DNA from: Patescibacteria group bacterium
GTDB lineage: Bacteria; Patescibacteriota; Patescibacteriia; UBA1558; GWA2-36-10
Reading direction: 5' to 3'
Assembly: GCA_041665545.1 (NCBI GenBank)
Contig: JBAYIQ010000001.1
Location: forward strand, 137,911 to 201,910
DNA: 64,000 bases
In this document: positions 54,836 through 62,250 of the stretch, in pieces
Position numbering within the stretch: the first letter of the stretch is position 1
How the letters are laid out: each line of letters starts with the position of its first letter
The notes under the pieces: generated by a model
Told to the model about the DNA's origin: nothing
Databases searched by the model: none
The model's input: only the letters and a program-made list of their open reading frames with translations
Program-made: the position numbers and the translations under genes

Positions 54836-55426
54836 GTGAAACATCTACCAGATTTTATCCAAAAATTAATCAATGAATTTGATAAACTGCCGGGCATTGG
54901 GCCAAAAACATCCACTCGGTTGGTTTTTGATTTACTGCATCGTCGCGAGGACATCCAGGAATTTGCCAAAAGTTTGAACGAGGCCTATGAAAAAGTTCAT
55001 TTCTGTCCCCAGTGCTTCAATCTGACAGATACGGGACTCTGCAATATCTGTCGTGATCCCCAGCGGGACCAAAGTATTATTTGCGTTATTGCTCACAACC
55101 AAGATATTGAAGCTATTGAAAGAACCAATGAATTCACTGGCACCTACCATTTGCTTAATGGACTCTTGGGACCACTAGAAGGCATCACGCCTGATAAACT
55201 AAAAATTAAAGAACTGCTCGAGAGAGTCAAAAAAAATAACATCAAAGAAATTATTCTGGCGCTTGACCAAAGTATGGAAGGCGGAGCCACCACTATGTAT
55301 CTTTTGAAAATTCTGGCTGACAAAAATGTTGTGGTCAGTCAGCTAGCCCGTGGCATACCCATGGGCGCCAATATAGAATACACGGACGAAGTCACACTGT
55401 CTTCGGCCTTAAAAAATAGAAAATAA
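54836..55426 (+). CDS. recR: recombination protein RecR
   Basis: LPGIGPKTSTRL HhH, Cys4 zinc finger CPQC...CNIC, Toprim domain; GTG start. Confidence 0.9.
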   Translation: MKHLPDFIQKLINEFDKLPGIGPKTSTRLVFDLLHRREDIQEFAKSLNEAYEKVHFCPQCFNLTDTGLCNICRDPQRDQSIICVIAHNQDIEAIERTNEFTGTYHLLNGLLGPLEGITPDKLKIKELLERVKKNNIKEIILALDQSMEGGATTMYLLKILADKNVVVSQLARGIPMGANIEYTDEVTLSSALKNRK

Positions 55427-55453
55427 AATACCCCGCAGCTAGCGGGGATTTTT

Positions 55454-55774
55454 TTATTTAGTAACAATCTTTTCGATGTTTACTTCTTCTTTGATTTGTC
55501 TGTGACCGTATCTTTTTCGATAACGAGTTTTGTTGTGGTATTTGAAAACATCAATTTTCTTCTCTTTGAATTCTTTGACCAAGGTAGCTTCAACTTTAGC
55601 ACCTTTGACCAAAGGAGCACCAACCGTAATATTTTCTTTATCATCGATTATAGCCAACACTTCTTCAAAAACAACAGTTTGACCTGCTGTAGTGCCTTTT
55701 ATTCTTTCGACGCTTAATTTTTGCCCAGTGGCAATCAAATATTGTTTACCACCAGTTCTGATTATTGCTTTCAT
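55454..55774 (-). CDS. rplU: 50S ribosomal protein L21
   Basis: MKAIIRTGGKQY... and C-terminal GHRQ motif. Confidence 0.9.
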   Translation of the reverse strand: MKAIIRTGGKQYLIATGQKLSVERIKGTTAGQTVVFEEVLAIIDDKENITVGAPLVKGAKVEATLVKEFKEKKIDVFKYHNKTRYRKRYGHRQIKEEVNIEKIVTK

Positions 55775-55805
55775 AAAATCTATAGCTATTTTTAATACGG
55801 GTTAA

Positions 55806-55834
55806 ATATTAACAAAGATTAGCAATTGTGTCAA
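55806..55834 (-). promoter_or_regulatory. rplU promoter TTGACA-N17-TAATAT
   Basis: tgtcaa 55829-55834, atatta 55806-55811 on plus strand. Confidence 0.5.
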
Positions 55835-55853
55835 TAATACTGAATACACGCCA

Positions 55854-55882
55854 TTGACAAGATATGAAATGTGTGATATAAT
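55854..55882 (+). promoter_or_regulatory. promoter of cassette 5 (TTGACA-N17-TATAAT, TGa extended -10)
   Basis: TTGACA 55854-55859, TATAAT 55877-55882; 5' UTR hairpin CGTGGT/ACCACG. Confidence 0.6.
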
Positions 55883-55958
55883 ATAAAATCGTGGTTAATT
55901 TCTACCACGTGCACCTTAGCAAGACACAAGGTAAATATGGCCAATGGAGGTCCTTGAA

Positions 55959-56693
55959 ATGGAAAAGACCGAAAAGACCGCCTTTGCTGTTCTGCACATG
56001 AGCCGTCACGAATCCAGCTCGCCCCAAGCCAACTATGGCCTGGGAACACTGGGTCCCATGGACTACCGCGGAATCCCGGTTCGCTACCACCCCAATTCCT
56101 TCATGCGTGACTCCGGTTACCGCATGCTGGAAATCCAGCTCCCGAAGAACCAGAACGAAGCGGGAGTCGCGATGGCTGTCATGCACGCAGGTCAGATTCG
56201 GGGAGCCATCAGTTCCCTGCAGGATCAGCTCAACAGTCTGACACCGGAAAAGATCTCCCACTACAACCTGATGATCAACGAACTGCTTCGCAAGGGCTAC
56301 CTGATGCACAGCCAAGTCCTCTACTTCAAACCCTGGCAATCCGGTCTCGTGGCCAAGTACGGCTGGGGCATCAATGGCTCTGGTGGCATGGTCATGTTCG
56401 GACAGAACAACTTCGGACAGAGCTTCGGAGTACAGGCCGGACACCAGCTGGTGCAGGTGGTCTTCCGACCCACTCCGTACGCCGACGGACTGATCTGTCG
56501 CTACGGCTGGGGCATCACCGTATGCCAGCCGGAAAGCATCAAACGTGTGCTGAGTGGTCTGCGCAAGCAGCTCGACAACGCCGTGTTCTTCCAGGAGCAC
56601 GGCTGTCTACTCGAAGACTTCGATCGGCCGAGTCTGGCATGCCGACTGATCGCCCGTCAGGCGACCCACGCGTGCCAGCAAACCACCGCATAG
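55959..56693 (+). CDS. high-GC hypothetical protein (244 aa) with duplicated YGWGI motif
   Basis: GGAGG 8 nt before ATG 55959 (tracked ORF starts 55944); VAKYGWGINGSGG and ICRYGWGITVCQ; no family recognised. Confidence 0.65.
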   Translation: MEKTEKTAFAVLHMSRHESSSPQANYGLGTLGPMDYRGIPVRYHPNSFMRDSGYRMLEIQLPKNQNEAGVAMAVMHAGQIRGAISSLQDQLNSLTPEKISHYNLMINELLRKGYLMHSQVLYFKPWQSGLVAKYGWGINGSGGMVMFGQNNFGQSFGVQAGHQLVQVVFRPTPYADGLICRYGWGITVCQPESIKRVLSGLRKQLDNAVFFQEHGCLLEDFDRPSLACRLIARQATHACQQTTA

Positions 56694-56721
56694 CGAGCAA
56701 CTGCTTGCTACGGTGACAACG

Positions 56722-56768
56722 ACAGGACATTTTCTGACGCCAAGCGTCTGAAGGTGTCCTGTTTTCTT
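56722..56768 (+). terminator. terminator of cassette 5
   Basis: ACAGGACA ... TGTCCTGT stem then TTTTCTT. Confidence 0.7.
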
Positions 56769-56771
56769 ATA

Positions 56772-56800
56772 TTGACAATAGCTATATTATATGCTATAAT
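56772..56800 (+). promoter_or_regulatory. promoter of cassette 6 (TTGACA-N17-TATAAT, TGc extended -10)
   Basis: TTGACA 56772-56777, TATAAT 56795-56800. Confidence 0.6.
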
Positions 56801-56858
56801 ATTAAATGTACCCCAGGATTCTAGTCTCGGGTTGTTCATTTCCAAGGAGGGATTTCTC

Positions 56859-57257
56859 ATGAGTCCGAAACAGCTTGCTGCCATCCCGTTCTGCATTTTG
56901 ACCGTAGTTGCCATGTTCTTATGGGTTGCCGGTCGTCCCACTGGCAAGCCCGACACAACGCGACTCTTCTCAATTGGGACTGATGCCCATCAGGTTCCGT
57001 GTGGTGACATCGGCTACGATGCCACCTTCCGCTACTATGCCGGAAACGACACGGCGGGCGTGACGGTAGCCAATCTCAATCCCGGGCTCGTAACGATCCA
57101 TCTCATGGATCGCCTGAGCAGGGATATCTACGGACGCAAACCCGTGCGGATCAACGGTGATCAGGCCAACCTGGAGATCATCAACAACGCCACCAATGAG
57201 GTGATTTGCCGCTGGCAGATCACCATCGATCGTCAGGTCGGTGTTGCCACCCGCTGA
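56859..57257 (+). CDS. high-GC small membrane-anchored/secreted protein (132 aa)
   Basis: CAAGGAGGGA RBS 7 nt before ATG 56859; N-terminal hydrophobic helix AAIPFCILTVVAMFLWVAG. Confidence 0.65.
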   Translation: MSPKQLAAIPFCILTVVAMFLWVAGRPTGKPDTTRLFSIGTDAHQVPCGDIGYDATFRYYAGNDTAGVTVANLNPGLVTIHLMDRLSRDIYGRKPVRINGDQANLEIINNATNEVICRWQITIDRQVGVATR

Positions 57258-57297
57258 GTACGCCCTCCTCCGGTCAGGCCACAAATGCCCGACCAAA

Positions 57298-57342
57298 ACT
57301 CGTCGTCCATATCTTTTGGATCAAGCGACGAGTTTTCTTTTT
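57298..57342 (+). terminator. terminator of cassette 6
   Basis: ACTCGTCG ... CGACGAGT stem then TTTTCTTTTT. Confidence 0.7.
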
Positions 57343-57399
57343 ACAAAAAAACCACTAAATAAATTAGTGGCTCTATAAACAAATTATTTCTAGATTTAG

Positions 57400-57990
57400 C
57401 TAAGATTTAACTATTATACAACGACCAGTAAAACCGGCCTTAAATTTTTCTAGTTCTATAAATTTATATTGCCAATTATAGTCAGGGATTATAGAAGTAT
57501 GATTAACATAAAACCCTTTTATATTTTCTATATTACCCTCAAATCCTACAATAAGAGCTAAATGGCCTCCAAATCTTTTCCAGAAAAAAATTCTTTCCCT
57601 GAGTGGTTTATAATCTTCGAAAGCCCATTTGATTGAAATAATTGGTAGACAATTTTGCTTTAATGCCTCGCCTAGTTGAACAGAATCTACATTGCACTGG
57701 GTCGTTGCCTGAAAACCATACTCTTGAGCCAAACGAACTAACCCGCCATGACTCCACCCGGAAGAATCTTTATAGGCACCAAACTCAATACCTTTTTTAA
57801 TATATTCTATTATTGATGGTGAAAGGGGTTTAGCTTGCATTGCGAGAAATCCATCTATTGCCATTTTAAGGCACAAAATACCACACGAAGATTTTTCCTA
57901 ATATTCAGCGTCCTTAGAACTCTTAAAACCGAGCTCCTGCCATTTAGACAAATCCCACTTTTGTGAATAAAATGGCACTTCTATTTTCAC
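57400..57990 (-). pseudogene. C39-like cysteine peptidase with an in-frame TAG (57898-57900)
   Basis: GTG 57990: VKIEVPFYSQKWDLSKWQELGFKSSKDAEY*EKSSCGILCLKMAIDGF...; both halves in one frame; stop lies just before the catalytic SCG motif. Confidence 0.6.
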
Positions 57991-58087
57991 GGAATTTATT
58001 TCTTTTCTTATTATATAAAAACTGGCCGTCGCACCTGCCTGTCTGCCGATAGGCGGGCACTTGACCCAATAGCATATATTTACTATC

Positions 58088-58139
58088 GAATGGTCGTAGA
58101 CCACGAGTGAGTCTTTTGCGAAGCAAAAGGCGAATCGAG
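58088..58139 (-). repeat. truncated tRNA-trailer element, copy E4
   Basis: GAATGGTCGTAGACCACGAGTGAGTCTTTTGCGAAGCAAAAGGCGAATCGAG = E1/E3 proximal module with its internal hairpin deleted. Confidence 0.65.
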
Positions 58140-58211
58140 TGGTGGGCATAAGAGGACTTCCGCCTCCGCCCCTCACTTTGTTCGGGGCTATGGCGGACAG
58201 GCGAACCTCTG
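58140..58211 (-). pseudogene. orphan tRNA 3' fragment (T arm + acceptor + CCA) with GC-rich hairpin inserted in the T loop
   Basis: AGAGGTTCG + 42-nt insert (CCTGTCCGCC...GGAGGCGG) + AAGTCCTCT TATGCCCA CCA; no D or anticodon arm upstream. Confidence 0.55.
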
Positions 58212-58224
58212 ATTATTTTAGAAA

Positions 58225-58301
58225 TGGTGGTCGCACCTGGACTCGAACCAGGGACCTTCGCAATGTGAATGCGACGCTCTAACCAACTGAGCCATGCGAC
58301 C
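58225..58301 (-). tRNA. tRNA-Val (anticodon CAC), CCA encoded
   Basis: GGTCGCA/TGCGACC acceptor, loop TTCACAT, T arm CCTGGTTCGAGTCCAGG. Confidence 0.95.
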
Positions 58302-58531
58302 ATATTAATAACCAACTGCTTGTCCGCCAAAGCTCCAAGGGAGCGACGGCGGAAGCTATATGCCCTTAAATAATAAACTACCGAAAATGGCTTAGCCATC
58401 CGTAGCTCCAAATAAAAATAACTATACTTTATACGTTTTGTCATCCTACTCCGCCAGCTGGCGGATATGGATGACATCCTTCGCACCGCGAAGGATGGTA
58501 AAAACCCTTAGCATTCAAAGCTATTTTCTTT

Positions 58532-58606
58532 TGGTGACCTCTAGGGGAATCGAACCCCTGTTGCCAGGATGAGAACCTAGTGTCCTAACCACTAGACGAA
58601 GAGGCC
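58532..58606 (-). tRNA. tRNA-Glu (anticodon CTC), CCA encoded
   Basis: GGCCTCT/AGAGGTC acceptor, loop TTCTCAT, T arm AGGGGTTCGATTCCCCT; flanked by 15-nt inverted repeat (58517-58531 / 58613-58628). Confidence 0.9.
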
Positions 58607-58637
58607 AGAACCAAAAGAAAATAGCTTTTAGAATAAA

Positions 58638-58747
58638 GGTTGCCTGCCCGCCGAAGCTTTGAGCGTAGCGAGGAGCGAAGGCGGGAGAACCTGATGTCCT
58701 AACCGCTCGCCTCGCTTCGCGAGCGAAGCGGGTTAGACGATGGGGCC
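58638..58747 (-). pseudogene. tRNA-Glu-like 5' fragment with GC-rich hairpins in D loop and after the anticodon
   Basis: GGCCCCATCGTCTAAC + 27-nt insert + GGTTAGGACATCAGGTTCTC + 38-nt insert + CAGGCAACC; no T arm; TTGACT-N17-TTTAAT promoter just upstream (about 58760-58790). Confidence 0.6.
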
Positions 58748-58795
58748 AAAACACTGGATATTAAATCAAAAATTTAGCTAAAAGTCAAAGTTATA

Positions 58796-60076
58796 CTATT
58801 TTTTCACAGACCCCACCAAATATTCCCCTGCCTCCCAAGGTCGAGCCATAAGTTCATAAACTATCTGCTCCATTTTCATGCCCCGTGAACCTTTGACCAA
58901 AATAACATCACCAATCTTTATCCTCTCTTGCAAAAAAATACCAGCTTCAAGGGTTTTGGGAAAATGAAAAATTTTATCTTCACTCAGGCCGGCCTGTATA
59001 GCGCCTCTAGCAATGTCCCTGGATCGCTCACCAACGACAAACAAATAATCTATTTTCAAATCATAAACCATTTTGCCAACCCTTCGGTGATCATTTTCAC
59101 TCTCAGCGCCTAGCTCCAGCATATCGCCAAAAACAGCAATTTTTCTACCCTGACTGGGTAACTCGCTTAAGATTTGCAAAGCCACCTTGGAAGACTGCGG
59201 AGAAGAATTGTAGCTATCATCAATCAACCAGCTATTTTTCACACCAGGCAAAAGCTTGGTGCGCCCTGACGCTGACTGATAATTTTGAATATTTTCCGCT
59301 GTCTCTACTAGGTTGAGACCCATAACCAGAGCCACTGTACAGGCAGAAGCTGCGGCTAGAGCATGCTGACTGCCTAAAACATTTGGCAAAAACACTGGCA
59401 ATTCTGCGCCTTGATAATGTATCTTGAAATTGGTGCCATATGTTTCATCATGGAAAGTAAGATGTATATTAGAAATTTTGACATCACAAGTATCGCTCAA
59501 ACCAAATGTTTTGACTGGTGCTGGGCTATTTTTTTTCAAACTTTGTAAAAATGGATCGTCGCCATTGAAGATTATCCAATCATGACTGCCCAGACGCTTA
59601 GTAATACTAATTTTTTCTTTGGCAATATTTTCTATTGAACCAAAATATTCCAAGTGACTTTGGCCGATAGCAGTAATGACGGCAATGTTTGGCTTAGCCA
59701 AACTAGTCAAATATTGTATATCTTGCGGCCGGTCAGCGCCCATTTCCAAAATCAATACTTGTGGATATTTTTTATTCTTAAACAAAAGCAAACGCCAGGC
59801 CTTAAAAATTATACTAAGCCAAGAAAAAATATTCTTGCCACCGCTCTTAGCCGAACCCAAAATAGCCAAGGGCAAACCCAATTCATTGTTAAAATTTTTA
59901 GCGCTACGCCCCACTTTATATTTATTTTTTAAAACCGCAAAAACTGCCTCTTTAGCTGAGGTTTTGCCCACAGAGCCGGTAATACCAATAATACGCGGCT
60001 GGTATTTTTTAATTACTGCCTTGATTAATGGCTTCAAAAGCCAAGAAATAAACTTACGATACTGTCTTTTGTTCAT
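58796..60076 (-). CDS. murF: UDP-MurNAc-tripeptide--D-Ala-D-Ala ligase
   Basis: GITGSVGKTSAKE, Mur ligase middle and C-terminal domains; dcw context. Confidence 0.85.
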   Translation of the reverse strand: MNKRQYRKFISWLLKPLIKAVIKKYQPRIIGITGSVGKTSAKEAVFAVLKNKYKVGRSAKNFNNELGLPLAILGSAKSGGKNIFSWLSIIFKAWRLLLFKNKKYPQVLILEMGADRPQDIQYLTSLAKPNIAVITAIGQSHLEYFGSIENIAKEKISITKRLGSHDWIIFNGDDPFLQSLKKNSPAPVKTFGLSDTCDVKISNIHLTFHDETYGTNFKIHYQGAELPVFLPNVLGSQHALAAASACTVALVMGLNLVETAENIQNYQSASGRTKLLPGVKNSWLIDDSYNSSPQSSKVALQILSELPSQGRKIAVFGDMLELGAESENDHRRVGKMVYDLKIDYLFVVGERSRDIARGAIQAGLSEDKIFHFPKTLEAGIFLQERIKIGDVILVKGSRGMKMEQIVYELMARPWEAGEYLVGSVKK

Positions 60077-60077
60077 A

Positions 60078-61886
60078 TTAGCGTTCTGGTGCTATCTTAT
60101 AATATTGTATTAAAAATTGGGCAATTTCACCAAACAAAGGAATGGCCGTGCCTTCAGAGTATTGTGCTGTCTTCGGATTGTCAAGTTTGGTCAGTAGCGT
60201 GAACTTTGGCTTACTAGCCGGAGCAAAACCAATGAAGCTATGGATAGTCACGGTACTATCATATTTTTTGGCGCCAATATTGGCGACCTGCGCTGTGCCT
60301 GATTTACCAGCTACATAATAACCCGACACACGAGCACCTACGGCATGTTCACTATCAACCACATTGACCAGCATAGCGGAAATTTGCGAAGCCGTACTGG
60401 CACTGATCACATTTTGTCTAATTATTTTTGGCTGATAACTTTCTATCACCTGATCATTATACCTCAATTCCTTAATAACGTAGGGTTGCATTAGATTACC
60501 ACGATTAGCCAAGACATTAAAGGCGTTAATCATCTGCAATGGCGTGACCGTAATGCCCTGACCATAAGAAGCCGTGGCTTTGTAAATATCGCCTTTTTTT
60601 TCTAAAGAGCTAATATCACCCTCTGATTCCTGACTCAATAAAATATTACTTGTTTTACCAAAGCCAAAATTACTCATGTAATCATGAAAAATTTTATTAG
60701 GCACATCTTGAGTAGCAAAAATAATACCAGTATTGATAGAATAGGCCAATACTTTTTTCATATCTGACCAGCCATACTCTTTTTTGCCAGCATTGCGAAT
60801 CACTTGGCCAAAAGCAAACTTTACTTCGCCAGTATCCTCATAGCTAGTCTCGGGTGTCACCTTTCCTTCATTGATAGCAATGGCCATACTAATGGCCTTC
60901 ATCACTGATCCGGGCTCATAATTTTGAAATACGGCCAAATTATTATAAACCTCTGGACTATCTACCTTCCCATAGTCATTGGGATCAAAACTAGGATAAT
61001 CGCACATGGCCCGAATAGCCCCAGTAGCTGTTTCCATAACAATTACTGTGCCACTATCAGCCATGTTTTTTTCAACGGCTTTTTGCAAAGCTTGGCAAGC
61101 TTTGTATTGCACAGTGTGATCAATAGTCAAGACCACATCCACTCCTGGCCTGGCTTGTTCGCCTTGGCTATCGGCAAGCAGTACTCCTTTTTGATCTTGC
61201 TCACCAACAATCTTTCCGGACAGACCGGATAATTCATTATTCAAATATCCTTCCAATCCATATTTACCCTCTCGACTTATACCGTCTTCATTAAAACCCA
61301 AAAAACCTAAAATGTGAGCCCCCACTTCTTTGTCAGGATAAAAACGTAAAACTGATTTTTTAAGACTAATACCCAAGTCTTGGATAGCGATTAATTTTTT
61401 TGACCCAGACAGCCCCTTATTTACATCATCCAACAAAATATTTAGTTCGTCTTTGATACGGTCAACTTTATCTTCACTGACGTTTTTGGCTATCACTTCA
61501 TAACGCTTGTCAGTGAGATTGGCTTTTTCTTTAATTACATTAACATCTATTTCTAAATTCTTAGCCAAAATATCCGCAATATTTTGAGGCCGGGTGATCA
61601 TTTTGGGGTCAAGGGCTACTTCATAAAAAACTTTGTTTACAGCCAATGGATATAGCTCGCCATCTTCACTTTGACTAGCCAAGGCAAAAATCCGACCCCT
61701 TTCAGGAATCACTTCTTCATCAACTGTTCGCTGGTTTAAGCCCAACTGCACATAGTAATCATGCTTGATAATTTGCAAATAAAACAAACGACCAATAATT
61801 ATCAAGACAAACAAAAAAATAATCCCTTGTAAAACATTGATCCTTGAAGCAATGGTCTGTTCTTGATTATTACGGCCGATATTCAT
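60078..61886 (-). CDS. ftsI: penicillin-binding protein 2/FtsI-type transpeptidase
   Basis: N-terminal TM, SVMK (SxxK), SIN (SxN), KSGTA (KTG-like). Confidence 0.85.
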   Translation of the reverse strand: MNIGRNNQEQTIASRINVLQGIIFLFVLIIIGRLFYLQIIKHDYYVQLGLNQRTVDEEVIPERGRIFALASQSEDGELYPLAVNKVFYEVALDPKMITRPQNIADILAKNLEIDVNVIKEKANLTDKRYEVIAKNVSEDKVDRIKDELNILLDDVNKGLSGSKKLIAIQDLGISLKKSVLRFYPDKEVGAHILGFLGFNEDGISREGKYGLEGYLNNELSGLSGKIVGEQDQKGVLLADSQGEQARPGVDVVLTIDHTVQYKACQALQKAVEKNMADSGTVIVMETATGAIRAMCDYPSFDPNDYGKVDSPEVYNNLAVFQNYEPGSVMKAISMAIAINEGKVTPETSYEDTGEVKFAFGQVIRNAGKKEYGWSDMKKVLAYSINTGIIFATQDVPNKIFHDYMSNFGFGKTSNILLSQESEGDISSLEKKGDIYKATASYGQGITVTPLQMINAFNVLANRGNLMQPYVIKELRYNDQVIESYQPKIIRQNVISASTASQISAMLVNVVDSEHAVGARVSGYYVAGKSGTAQVANIGAKKYDSTVTIHSFIGFAPASKPKFTLLTKLDNPKTAQYSEGTAIPLFGEIAQFLIQYYKIAPER

Positions 61887-61908
61887 AATCTATGCGGCAC
61901 TTTTGGGA

Positions 61909-62229
61909 TTATTTTAAAGCCACTTTGTCTATGGCTGTACTCAAATAAATTATATTAGCATTATCAACTTTTACCAAATTTAATCTCTGACTTTCCTGCT
62001 CAACCCGCTCAATTGACTGCAAAGTACCAATCTCTGCATTCAACAAACGCAGTTTGTCTTCGGTCTGCCGAATATTATCGCTCAGCTCACTGCGCTGCAA
62101 ATTTTGAGCATTGCTGTAATTGGTCAAAAACAGGCCAGCCATCCAAAAAACTATGGTCAAGATTAGAAATAAATGACTAAACTTCTTCATGTTTTCCCAA
62201 AGTGATAACTTGTTAATTTTGTAAGACAT
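61909..62229 (-). CDS. ftsL: cell-division protein FtsL-like
   Basis: Single TM plus coiled coil; position between rsmH and ftsI. Confidence 0.6.
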   Translation of the reverse strand: MSYKINKLSLWENMKKFSHLFLILTIVFWMAGLFLTNYSNAQNLQRSELSDNIRQTEDKLRLLNAEIGTLQSIERVEQESQRLNLVKVDNANIIYLSTAIDKVALK

Positions 62230-62250
62230 ATTTTTATTTTTGTTTTTTGC

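Noticed and set aside
57898-58176. 92-aa ORF start (MRGGGGSPLMPTT...) as the N-terminus of the C39-like protein
   Set aside because: The upstream part overlaps the truncated E element and GC hairpins. The peptidase-like sequence starts at VKIEVPFYSQ (GTG 57990).
20234-58747. Split (Nanoarchaeum-like) or intron-containing tRNA genes as the explanation for the tRNA halves
   Set aside because: The 5' fragments (acceptors GGGTCGG, GCCGGGC, GGCCCCA) do not complement the one 3' stub (UAUGCCC) or the adjacent intact tRNAs. The inserts are far too short for group I introns. No complementary GC leader/trailer pairs were found. Intact copies of each tRNA sit next to the fragments.
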